Shown here one piece after another: positions 22,264-31,162 of a stretch of DNA of 64,000 nucleotides (the stretch's first letter is position 1; the number at the start of each line of letters is the position of its first letter). The stretch covers positions 2,592 to 66,591 of the forward strand of contig CAMBMS010000014.1 of the NCBI GenBank assembly GCA_945868845.1. Reading direction: 5' to 3'. The DNA is from Asaia bogorensis. GTDB taxonomy: Bacteria; Pseudomonadota; Alphaproteobacteria; Acetobacterales; Acetobacteraceae. The notes under the pieces were generated by a model. That model did no database searches. It was not told where the DNA came from and saw only the letters and a list, made by a program, of their open reading frames with translations. Both the position numbers and the translations under genes were made by a program.

Positions 22264-25198
22264 CGAGGCGCCGGCCTTCCGGATCGACGAAGACTGGGGC
22301 GACGACGCGCGCGGCGACGGCGCCGCCCGGCATCGGTACATGCAGGATTTCGTTCAAGCGAGCGCGGCCATTGGCGAGCAAAGCAAGCGCGATCGGGCGG
22401 CCTATCGCGGGGCTGAAATAGGAGGACGTGACGTGGCCCTGCGCCCCTGTACCGGGTACTGGTTTGGGGTTCGTGGTGAGTTGCGCGCCTTCCTCCAACC
22501 GCGTGGTTGCGTCCTCACTTAGTAGGCCGATCAGTTGCAGGCGGTTGGGGGCGCGCATGTCGGGTAAGGCCAGAGAACGCTTGCCAATGAAATCCGCTTT
22601 CGTGCGGCCTAGGGCGCCGAAGCCGAGATCATCTGGGATGATGGTGCCATCGGTTTCCTGGCCGACGATGATGAAGCCTTTTTCGGCGCGCAGCACATGC
22701 ATGGCTTCGGTGCCGTAAGCGCAGCCATTGTACAAGTTGATGGCTTCGCGCAGCACGGTCCAGGCAGCTTGGGCGTAATCGGCGGGGATATTTACTTCAT
22801 AGCCGAGTTCGCCAGTGAAGCTAACGCGGAACAGGCGGATGGGTATGCCCCGTAGGTGACCCGCGCGGACCGACATATGCGGCATGCCGGCGAGGTCGAT
22901 GTCATCGAGGAACGGCGCCAGCACATCGCGCGCGCGCGGGCCTTGTAGGGCGATGACGGCCCAGTGTTCCGTGGTGGAGGGGAGCCAGATTTTCATCCAT
23001 GGCCATTCGGTCTGCCGGTAATCTTCCATATGCGCCAACACGCGTGCAGCGCCGCCGGTGGTGGTGGTGAGGTGGAAGGTTTGGTCATCCAGCCGGGCGA
23101 CGATGCCGTCATCCATCACGAAGCCGGCTTCGGTCAGCATGATGGCATAGCGGCATTTGCCAGGAGCGAGATTGCGCAGGTTAGTGGCGTATATGAGATC
23201 TAGGAACGTCGCGGCGTCGTGGCCGGTAACCTCGATCTTGCCGAGGGTGGAGGCATCGAAGAGGCCGACGGTTTCGCGCACAATGCCGCATTCGCGGGCG
23301 ACGGCCTGCTCGCGGGTTTCGCCCTGGCGAGGAAAGTAATGCGCGCGCTTCCAGGTGCCGACATCCTCGAACAGCGCGCCTTCGGCTTCGGCTTGCGCGT
23401 GGATCGGCGTGACGCGGATGGGATCGAACAGATCGCCGCGATTGAAGCCGGCCAGCGCACCGAAGGTGACGGGTGTATAGGGCGGACGGTAGGTGGTGAG
23501 GCCGAGATCGGCGACGGCGTGATTAGTTTGCTGCGCAATGATATCGAGTGTGTTGCGGTTGGAGAGCTTGCCCTGGTCCGTCGCCATGCCGGTGGTGGTG
23601 TAGCGCTTGATGTGCTCGACACTGCGGAAGCCTTCGCGAAGGGCCAGCACAATGTCAGTGGCGGCGACGTCGTTCTGGAAATCGACGAAGGCGAATTTCC
23701 CGGGCGTGATGGCGGTAGTGGCGGCGCCACCGGGCCTGGGGACGATGGGTTTGGCGGGCGGCGCGGTGCCGGCGGCTTCGGCGCCGGCGCCTGTGCCGTC
23801 GCGGAGGACTTCGTCGAGGCTGAAGATGCCGCGGCAGGCGCCGGCGGAGCGTTCGCGTTGGACGGAGATATCCGGCAGGTGGCAGCCGAGCGACTCATCG
23901 TAGCGCAGCCGGCCGCGTGACTGGCTGAATAGATGCACTGAGGGGGTCCAGCCGCCGGCCATCAGCACCAGATCGACATGGTGTTGTTGCTGCTGTCCGG
24001 TCGCACGATTCTGCGTGGTAAGCGTTTTGACGCGTAGCCGGCCGGAAGTGTTCACCGCGACCGTGTTGGCCAGCACGGGGATGCCGGTGGCGCGGGCGCG
24101 GTCCGCCCAAACATGATCGGCGGCGCCTGGGTCGGCGATGCAGGCGATGCGGATACCCCCCGCCTGCAGATCGAACGCGACGCGATATCCGCTGTCATGC
24201 GAGGCGAGCACGGCAGCGACGCTACCAGGGCGGACGGCGTAGCGATTTAAGTAAACGCGGGCGGCGTCCGCCAGCATCACGCCGGGGCGGTCGTTGTTGG
24301 GAAAGATTATGGGGCGTTCGATGGCGCCGGTTGCGAGCACGATTTCGCGCGCACGGACTTGCCAGAGGCGCTCGCGCATTTGATCGGGCGCGGGCGCGGG
24401 CAGGTGATCGGTGAGACGTTCGGAGAGGGCGAGAAAATTATCAGCGTAATAGCCGAAGGCGGTGGTGCGCGGCAGCACGGTCACGAGCGGGTTAGCTTCC
24501 AGGTCGCGGATGATGCTGTCCACCCAGTCGCGCGCGGGCTGGGTTTCGATGTATGCTTCGGCTTCCGCCAGCAGGCTTCCGCCCATGCGGGCCTGTTCGT
24601 CACAGATGATCACGCGCTTACCGGCCGAGGCGGCGGCACGGGTGGCGGCTAGGCCGGCGCCGCCGGCGCCGATCACCAGCACGTCGCAATGGGCATGGCG
24701 GTTGGTGTAGCGGTCGGGATCGGGCGTGGCGGGGGCGCGGCCGAGGCCGGCTGCGTGGCGGATCGCGGGTTCGAATATTTTTGTCCATACGCCGAGACTG
24801 GGCATGAAGGTCTTGTAGTAAAAGCCTGCGGGTAGAAGTTTCGCGGCTAGGCCGGCGGCAGCGCCGAGATCGAAGGCTGGTGATGGGTAGTTGTTCTGAC
24901 TTTCAGCGCACAGGCCGTCATACAGTTCGACTTGGGTTGCGCGTTGGTTGGGCGTGTCCTGGCCGTGGCCACGGATGACGCGCACCAAGGCGTTGGGTTC
25001 CTCCGCGCCGGCGGAGAGTATGCCGCGCGGGCGGTGGTATTTGAAGGAGCGGCCAACGAGGGAAATGCCGTTGGCCAGCAGGGCGGAGGCGAGCGTGTCG
25101 CCGGCGAGGCCGGTATAGGAGCGGCCATCGAAACTGAAGCGGAGCGGGTTCCAGCGTTCCACCAGCCCACCGGTCTTGGCGCGAAAGGACTGCGTCAT
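22256..25198 (-). CDS. soxA: Sarcosine oxidase alpha subunit
   Basis: GRSFKYHRPRG, KRYTTTGMATDQGK, DASTLGKI, SFTGELGYE. Confidence 0.96.
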   Translation of the reverse strand: MTQSFRAKTGGLVERWNPLRFSFDGRSYTGLAGDTLASALLANGISLVGRSFKYHRPRGILSAGAEEPNALVRVIRGHGQDTPNQRATQVELYDGLCAESQNNYPSPAFDLGAAAGLAAKLLPAGFYYKTFMPSLGVWTKIFEPAIRHAAGLGRAPATPDPDRYTNRHAHCDVLVIGAGGAGLAATRAAASAGKRVIICDEQARMGGSLLAEAEAYIETQPARDWVDSIIRDLEANPLVTVLPRTTAFGYYADNFLALSERLTDHLPAPAPDQMRERLWQVRAREIVLATGAIERPIIFPNNDRPGVMLADAARVYLNRYAVRPGSVAAVLASHDSGYRVAFDLQAGGIRIACIADPGAADHVWADRARATGIPVLANTVAVNTSGRLRVKTLTTQNRATGQQQQHHVDLVLMAGGWTPSVHLFSQSRGRLRYDESLGCHLPDISVQRERSAGACRGIFSLDEVLRDGTGAGAEAAGTAPPAKPIVPRPGGAATTAITPGKFAFVDFQNDVAATDIVLALREGFRSVEHIKRYTTTGMATDQGKLSNRNTLDIIAQQTNHAVADLGLTTYRPPYTPVTFGALAGFNRGDLFDPIRVTPIHAQAEAEGALFEDVGTWKRAHYFPRQGETREQAVARECGIVRETVGLFDASTLGKIEVTGHDAATFLDLIYATNLRNLAPGKCRYAIMLTEAGFVMDDGIVARLDDQTFHLTTTTGGAARVLAHMEDYRQTEWPWMKIWLPSTTEHWAVIALQGPRARDVLAPFLDDIDLAGMPHMSVRAGHLRGIPIRLFRVSFTGELGYEVNIPADYAQAAWTVLREAINLYNGCAYGTEAMHVLRAEKGFIIVGQETDGTIIPDDLGFGALGRTKADFIGKRSLALPDMRAPNRLQLIGLLSEDATTRLEEGAQLTTNPKPVPGTGAQGHVTSSYFSPAIGRPIALALLANGRARLNEILHVPMPGGAVAARVVAPVFVDPEGRRLDG

Positions 25199-25461
25199 GG
25201 CGGTTCACCGACGCGGTAGGTGCGAGTGAATTTATCGGTCACTGTATCGCGTTGTGCGTTGAAGAAGCGGCCACAGCCATGAATGTGGCGCCAGCGTTCC
25301 GCGTGCGTACCCTTCGGGTTGGACCGAAAGTAAAGAAATTCCGTCCATCTGGCATCGCTGATCGTAACGGGGTTTTCCGGGCGAGCGATGTGGGCTTCGC
25401 CCATATGACGAAATTCGACTTCCGGGCGGTTGCCACAATAGGGGCAATTTATCAGCAGCAT
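25195..25461 (-). CDS. soxD: Sarcosine oxidase delta subunit
   Basis: CPYCG, NPKG..ERWRH..GC. Confidence 0.95.
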   Translation of the reverse strand: MLLINCPYCGNRPEVEFRHMGEAHIARPENPVTISDARWTEFLYFRSNPKGTHAERWRHIHGCGRFFNAQRDTVTDKFTRTYRVGEPP

Positions 25462-26711
25462 TAGTGCGATACTGCCGCCGCCGCGGCCTCGTCGATCAGG
25501 CGGCCGGAGCGGAAGCGGTCGAGCCCGAACGGCGCGGCGATGGGGTGCGGCATACCGTGTGCGATGGTGGCGGCGAATATATGGCCCGATCCTGGTGTGG
25601 CCTTAAAACCGCCGGTGCCCCAGCCACAATTGACGAACAGGCCAGGCACCGGTGTAGTGCCGATGATGGGTGACCGGTCCGGTGTGACATCGACGATCCC
25701 GCCCCAGTTGCGCAGCATGCGTAGGCGGCGGAAGGTCGGGAACATTTCCGTCACCGCCCCCAAGGTGTCGGTGGTGATGTGCAGCCCGCCGGTCTGCGAA
25801 TAGGAGTTGTATTGGTCGGTGCTGGCGCCAATGACCAGTTCGCCTTTATCAGATTGGCTGATATAGGCGTGGATGGTGTTGGACATCACAACGCAGGGCA
25901 TCACTGGTTTGATCGGCTCGCTGACAAGGGCTTGCAAGGGAAAACTTTCCAACGGCATACGCACGCCGGCCATCGCCATGATCACGCTGGTATGACCGGC
26001 GGCGACGACGCCAATACGCCTTGCGCCGATGGGGCCGCGTGATGTGTCTGCGCCCGTGACGGCGCCGGTTGTGTCGCGGTGGATGGCTGTGACCTCGCAG
26101 TTTTGGATGATGTCCACGCCAAGCGCATCTACGCCGCGCGCATAACCCCAGGCCACCGCATCGTGCCGCGCCACGCCGCCACGCCGCTGTAGGGCGGCGC
26201 CCAGCACCGGGTAGCGCATGGTGGAAGAGATATTTAGCGGCGGGCAGAATTCTCGTGCCTGCGCCGCGCTCAGCCATTCATTGTCGATGCCGGCCAGGCG
26301 GTTCGCGTGGACGTGTCGTTTTAACACGCGCACATCGTGTTCATTATGCGCTAGCATCATCACGCCGCGTGGCGAATACATAACGTTGTAGTTGAGTTCG
26401 CGGGAAAGCCCCTTCCATAATTGCATTGCGTGTTCATAGATCGCCTCGCTTTCCTCCCACAGATAGTTAGAACGGATGATAGTGGTGTTGCGGCCGGTGT
26501 TGCCGCCGCCGAGCCAGCCCTTTTCCAGCACTGCGATATCGCGGACGCCATGTTCCTTCGCTAGGTAATAGGCGGTGGCAAGGCCGTGGCCGCCGGCGCC
26601 GATGATAATGGTATCGTAGACTCGCTTCGGTTGCGGATCGCGCCATTGAGCTGGCCAGCTAGTATGGCCGGTCAGAGCCTGGCTGGTAAGGTTCCAGAAG
26701 TTAAAGCGCAT
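25461..26711 (-). CDS. soxB: Sarcosine oxidase beta subunit
   Basis: GAGGHGLATAYYL, GGNTGRNTTIIRSNY, GWGTGGFKATPGSG. Confidence 0.96.
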   Translation of the reverse strand: MRFNFWNLTSQALTGHTSWPAQWRDPQPKRVYDTIIIGAGGHGLATAYYLAKEHGVRDIAVLEKGWLGGGNTGRNTTIIRSNYLWEESEAIYEHAMQLWKGLSRELNYNVMYSPRGVMMLAHNEHDVRVLKRHVHANRLAGIDNEWLSAAQAREFCPPLNISSTMRYPVLGAALQRRGGVARHDAVAWGYARGVDALGVDIIQNCEVTAIHRDTTGAVTGADTSRGPIGARRIGVVAAGHTSVIMAMAGVRMPLESFPLQALVSEPIKPVMPCVVMSNTIHAYISQSDKGELVIGASTDQYNSYSQTGGLHITTDTLGAVTEMFPTFRRLRMLRNWGGIVDVTPDRSPIIGTTPVPGLFVNCGWGTGGFKATPGSGHIFAATIAHGMPHPIAAPFGLDRFRSGRLIDEAAAAAVSH

Positions 26712-27496
26712 CAATCGTCGAGCTGGATGACAGAACCGGCGGTGGTTCCGCCATCGATAACGATGGTCTGGCCGCTGATGAAATTACCGGCGGGCCCGGC
26801 GAGGAAAACAGCGGCACCGGCCACTTCATCGGGAGTGCCGATTCGTTGTAGCGGTGTATCGCGCGTGCGCTTCTCGTAGATTACGGGATTTTCCCACAAA
26901 GCGCGGGCAAAATCGGTGCGGATAATACCTGGCGCGATGGCGTTGGCGCGGATGTTCTTCGGCCCCCATTCCACGCAGAGATTGCGCGCGAGCTGCATGT
27001 CGGCGGCCTTGGAGACGGCATAGGCGCCGAGATGCGCCGAGCCACGCAGGCCACCAATGGAAGAAATAATAATGATCGATCCACCGCCACGTGCAGCCAT
27101 CTGCGGCGCCACCATGTTGGTGAGCCACATGTTGGAGCGGATATTGGTGGCCATGATGCGGTCCCAGGCATCATCGCTGATCGTAAGCGTGGGGCCGAAA
27201 TGCGGATTAACGCCGGCGTTGCCGACCAAGATGTCGATACCGCCCCAATGCGCGATGGTCTTGTCCACCAGGCTCTGCAACTGGTCCTTCTGCCCAACAT
27301 GGCAGGGGATGACGATGGCCTCGCCGCCCTTGGCGCGGATGCCGGCGGCGACTTCCTCGCACATATCTGCTTTGCGCGAGGAGACGACGACCTTGGCGCC
27401 GTGTTCGGCCATGCGTTCGGCGATGGCACGCCCGATGCCTTTCGAGGAGCCGGTGATGACGGCGATTTTACCAGTGAGATCGAACAAGGACGACAT
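26711..27496 (-). CDS. SDR family oxidoreductase (DHRS4-like)
   Basis: TGSSKGIG, YAVSK, PGIIRTDFA. Confidence 0.92.
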   Translation of the reverse strand: MSSLFDLTGKIAVITGSSKGIGRAIAERMAEHGAKVVVSSRKADMCEEVAAGIRAKGGEAIVIPCHVGQKDQLQSLVDKTIAHWGGIDILVGNAGVNPHFGPTLTISDDAWDRIMATNIRSNMWLTNMVAPQMAARGGGSIIIISSIGGLRGSAHLGAYAVSKAADMQLARNLCVEWGPKNIRANAIAPGIIRTDFARALWENPVIYEKRTRDTPLQRIGTPDEVAGAAVFLAGPAGNFISGQTIVIDGGTTAGSVIQLDD

Positions 27497-27552
27497 GGTG
27501 GCTCTCTAATTAAGGGCGCTACTGCAGAAGTATGCGGCGTGGAGGCTGCAGG

Positions 27553-27978
27553 TCAAGCGCCTGGCGCTGGGGTGGGTTCGCCCAGGATCATCTGGGTCTG
27601 CGTTACCTGGGCTAGTAATTGTCCGGCTGTGTCGCGCATGTTGGTCTGCCAGATCATCGTCCGCCGTCCCTTGTGCAAGGGCAAACATTCGAATGTCACG
27701 CGCGTTCCGGTGGGGGCGGCGCCCAGAAAATTGGTTTTACTTTCTAGGGTCGCGGTCCATTGGCCCTTCTTCAGGTTTACGATGGTGGCGACGGCACCCA
27801 GCGTATCAGCGATGGCCATGATGGCGCCACCATGCAGGGTGTTGGTCTCGATCGAGAGATCGGCACGAACGGTGACCTCGGCAAGGACCCGATCGTGTGT
27901 GGCCTCGGTGATCTCGATGCCGAGATGTAACGGGAAGGGCGCGAGTTTATTTTGGATGCGGGTCTTTAGGTCCGTCAT
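27553..27978 (-). CDS. PaaI-family hotdog thioesterase
   Basis: LHGGAIMAIAD, TLESKTNF. Confidence 0.9.
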   Translation of the reverse strand: MTDLKTRIQNKLAPFPLHLGIEITEATHDRVLAEVTVRADLSIETNTLHGGAIMAIADTLGAVATIVNLKKGQWTATLESKTNFLGAAPTGTRVTFECLPLHKGRRTMIWQTNMRDTAGQLLAQVTQTQMILGEPTPAPGA

Positions 27979-28515
27979 TCAATCCGTGTCCTTTGCAATC
28001 AGAATTGGGTGAAGAAAATCTTCCAGATTACCGCCCGAAAATTTTTCACCGCGTATGCCGGCAGAAGCGGCGGCTTGCATATCCGAATTTTTGTCGCCGA
28101 TCAGCAGGGCCTTGGAGGGGTTGAGGTTCCAGGCGCGCAGAATGTCGAGGATCATACCCGGCGCCGGTTTACGCCAGTCGCTGATGCGGCGGTAGTTTTC
28201 CAGCTCTGCTTGCGGGTGGAACGGACAGAAGCGGATGTCGTCGATACGGCCGCCGGCGCGTGCGATCTCCTCGGTCATCCATGTGTGCAGGGTCTCCACA
28301 TCCGCTTCCGTGTAATGGCCTCGGGCCACGCCGGATTGGTTCGTCACCACGAACACATACCAACCATTAGCGGTCGCCAGCGCGATGGCTTCTCGGGCGC
28401 CAGGCATAAATTCGAACCGCGCGCGCGTGCCGACATAGCCGTGATCGATATTGATCACGCCGTCGCGATCAAGGATCAAGGCTCGCTCAGTTTTTTGGGC
28501 GGGTGTCGATGACAC
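27979..28515 (-). CDS. gmhB: HAD-IIIA phosphatase (GmhB-like)
   Basis: LDRDGVIN, VTNQSG, CPFHP, RKPAPGM, IGDK.SD; GTG start overlapping paaK is uncertain. Confidence 0.85.
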   Translation of the reverse strand: MSSTPAQKTERALILDRDGVINIDHGYVGTRARFEFMPGAREAIALATANGWYVFVVTNQSGVARGHYTEADVETLHTWMTEEIARAGGRIDDIRFCPFHPQAELENYRRISDWRKPAPGMILDILRAWNLNPSKALLIGDKNSDMQAAASAGIRGEKFSGGNLEDFLHPILIAKDTD

Positions 28516-29767
28516 GGCGGGCCTTGCCCATGGAGCGCTCGATGCTGCCTGGGGGTTTGATTGTCACTCGGGCGGTGACGCCGACCAGGGTTTTTACCAA
28601 AGCAGCGAGATCGCGCTCGTGGCTGTCCGTTTCGGTAACGCCCACGCGGGACTCAGCATGTATTTCCATCTCATCCATGCGGCCGGGGCGTGATAGAAAA
28701 ATCTGGTAATGACCCGTAAGGATAGAATTGCGGAGAATTAATTCCTCTATTTGCGTGGGGAAGACATTGACGCCGCGGAGGATGAACATGTCGTCGGAAC
28801 GGCCGGTGATTTTTTCCATCCGGCGCATGCTGCGCGCGGTACCGGGCAGCAGGCGGGTGAGGTCGCGGGTACGGTAGCGGATGACGGGCAAGCCTTCCTT
28901 GGTTAGTGTGGTGAACACGAGTTCGCCTGGGGTGCCGTCGGGCTGGGTCGCTCCGGTTTCGGGGTCGATAATTTCTGGATAAAAATGGTCTTCCCAGATA
29001 TGCAGCCCGTCCTTGGTTTCCACGCATTCATTGGCGACGCCGGGGCCCATGACTTCGGAGAGGCCGTAGATATCTACAGCATCCATGGCGAACCCGGATT
29101 CGATTTCGGCGCGCATGGCGTTGGTCCAGGGTTCGGCGCCAAGGATTCCAACGCGCAGCGAGGAAGTGCGTGGATCTAGATTCTGGGTACGAAATTCATC
29201 CAGAACGGCGAGCATGTAGCTCGGTGTGATCATGATGATGTCAGGGCGGAAATCGTTGATCAGTTGCACCTGGCGCTCGGTTTGTCCGCCAGACATGGGG
29301 ATGACCGTGCAGCCCAGACGCTCGGCGCCGTAATGCGCGCCGAGGCCGCCGGTAAAGAGGCCGTAGCCATAGGCGATATGCACTGCCATGCCGGGTCTGC
29401 CGCCGGAGGCGTAGATGGAGCGCGCGACGAGATCGGACCAGGTGTCAATATCCTGTTGCGTGTAGCCGACGACGGTGGGTTTTCCCGTGGTGCCGGAAGA
29501 GGCGTGGATACGGATGATTTTCTTGCGGGGGACGGCGAACATGCCGAACGGGTAGTTGGCGCGGAGATCCTGCTTCGTCGTGAAGGGGAATTTTTGCAGA
29601 TCTTCGAACTGGCGGAAATCGGACGGAAGCACGCCGGCCGCGTCGAAGGCGAGGCGGTAATGGGGGACGTTTCGGTACGCATGGTGCAAGGACCAGGACA
29701 GGCGTTCGCGCTGCACGGAAGAAATTTCGTCGCGCGAGGCGGTTTCGATTTTATGCAGGCCGATCAT
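28487..29767 (-). CDS. paaK: Phenylacetate-CoA ligase
   Basis: HASSGTTGKPT, YGLFTGGLG, DIYGLSE, GRSDDM. Confidence 0.96.
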   Translation of the reverse strand: MIGLHKIETASRDEISSVQRERLSWSLHHAYRNVPHYRLAFDAAGVLPSDFRQFEDLQKFPFTTKQDLRANYPFGMFAVPRKKIIRIHASSGTTGKPTVVGYTQQDIDTWSDLVARSIYASGGRPGMAVHIAYGYGLFTGGLGAHYGAERLGCTVIPMSGGQTERQVQLINDFRPDIIMITPSYMLAVLDEFRTQNLDPRTSSLRVGILGAEPWTNAMRAEIESGFAMDAVDIYGLSEVMGPGVANECVETKDGLHIWEDHFYPEIIDPETGATQPDGTPGELVFTTLTKEGLPVIRYRTRDLTRLLPGTARSMRRMEKITGRSDDMFILRGVNVFPTQIEELILRNSILTGHYQIFLSRPGRMDEMEIHAESRVGVTETDSHERDLAALVKTLVGVTARVTIKPPGSIERSMGKARRVIDTRPKN

Positions 29768-30210
29768 GGTGTATTTTCCCCGTGTTTGGGAAAGAATTTC
29801 TGGCCGATGGTGCGGGAATGGCCGCGAAATTCGGCTATGGTATCCCCATTTAGCGCGCGCACGCAGACATCATAGATGCCGGAGCGGCCTTCGCGGGTGC
29901 GTTCGGTCGCTTCGGCGATCATTGTGTCGCCGAGGCGGGCGGGTCGGAGGAAAGTGACGGCGCAATGCTGGGCGACGTTCATCTCGTTATGGGTGTTGCA
30001 GGCGAAGGCGAAGGTGGAATCGGCGAGGGTAAAAATAAAACCACCATGGCACAGGCCGAGGCCGTTAACCATGCTGGATTGCACCTGCATCGTCACCACA
30101 GCGTGGCCGGGGGCGATGTCGCGGATCGCCATACCGAGGCCCTGGCTGGCGTTGTCCTGCGCCCACATTTTTTCCGCGCAGGCCTGGGCGAGGTCCGCCG
30201 CATTCTTCAT
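29764..30210 (-). CDS. paaI: Phenylacetate pathway acyl-CoA thioesterase
   Basis: NG..LCHGGFIFTLADSTFAFACN, SGIYDV, FRGHSR. Confidence 0.93.
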   Translation of the reverse strand: MKNAADLAQACAEKMWAQDNASQGLGMAIRDIAPGHAVVTMQVQSSMVNGLGLCHGGFIFTLADSTFAFACNTHNEMNVAQHCAVTFLRPARLGDTMIAEATERTREGRSGIYDVCVRALNGDTIAEFRGHSRTIGQKFFPKHGENTP

Positions 30211-31007
30211 GGATTCTTACCGTTGGGGCGTTTGCCCGTGAACCGGGGCGCGCGCTTTTCCATGAAGGCTTGCACACCCTCCGCGTAGTCGGGACTGGCG
30301 CCGGCCTGCTGTTGCAGCGCGGCTTCCAGATCGAGTTGGGCATCGAGCGTATTGGACGCTGAGGCCGCAAAGGCCTGCTTCATCAGGGCGAAGGCCTGAG
30401 TTGGTTGGCTGGCGAGATGTGAGGTGATTTTTTCCGCCTCTGCCATCGGCGTGTTGTCGGGCACGGCTTGCCAGATCAAGCCCCAGGCGGCGGCCTGTTC
30501 GGCGCTGATCGGCTCTCCGGTCATGGCCAACGCCCGGGCGCGGGCCTCGCCGATCAAGCGGGGAAGGAAGAAGGTGCCGCCGGAATCAGGGACGAGGCCG
30601 ATGCGGGAAAAGGCCTGGATGAATTTGGCCGAATGGGCGGCGATTACGATGTCGCAGGAAAGGGAAATACTGGCGCCGGCGCCGACGCCGTTGACCGCGG
30701 CGATGACGGGCATGCGCAGGGCGCGGATGCGCCGGATCAGGATGTTGTAGTGGGAGATGACGGCCGCTAGGTCCGGCGGGCCGACCGGGCTGGGTAACAT
30801 GGCGGGGCCCAATTCCTGCCTGGCGCAGAAGGCACGGCCGGCACCGGTCACCAGGATGGCGCGGCAGGCTTCATCTGCCTCTACCGCGTCCAGTTCCTTG
30901 CGGAAGGCGGCGTGCATCTCGGCGTTGAAGGCGTTCAGTTTGTCCGGGCGGTTGAGGGTGAGCTTACGCCAGGTCGGATGGGATTCGGTGAGGACGAAAT
31001 TTTGCAT
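30207..31007 (-). CDS. paaG: PaaG-type crotonase (epoxyphenylacetyl-CoA isomerase), with altered motifs
   Basis: LNRPDKLNAF, FIQAFSRIGLVPDSGGT, WGLIW; paaG-paaI-paaK order. Confidence 0.88.
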   Translation of the reverse strand: MQNFVLTESHPTWRKLTLNRPDKLNAFNAEMHAAFRKELDAVEADEACRAILVTGAGRAFCARQELGPAMLPSPVGPPDLAAVISHYNILIRRIRALRMPVIAAVNGVGAGASISLSCDIVIAAHSAKFIQAFSRIGLVPDSGGTFFLPRLIGEARARALAMTGEPISAEQAAAWGLIWQAVPDNTPMAEAEKITSHLASQPTQAFALMKQAFAASASNTLDAQLDLEAALQQQAGASPDYAEGVQAFMEKRAPRFTGKRPNGKNP

Positions 31008-31162
31008 GCTTGGCCTTTGGGGAGATGGCGGGGCAGGATCGCTGGCGGGGGGCGTGGACGTAAGATTGCTGCGCGGTGACGGTTGATCTGGCAAGGGGCG
31101 CGACAAAATCCTATCTTGGAACTCAGGCATCGCGCCGCGCGCCTCGAAGGAAGAGTTTCACC

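Noticed and set aside
16779..26711. A complete sox sulfur-oxidation cluster
   Set aside because: The soxA/B/D/G at 21.7-26.7 kb are sarcosine oxidase subunits and share only the gene names with sulfur sox genes
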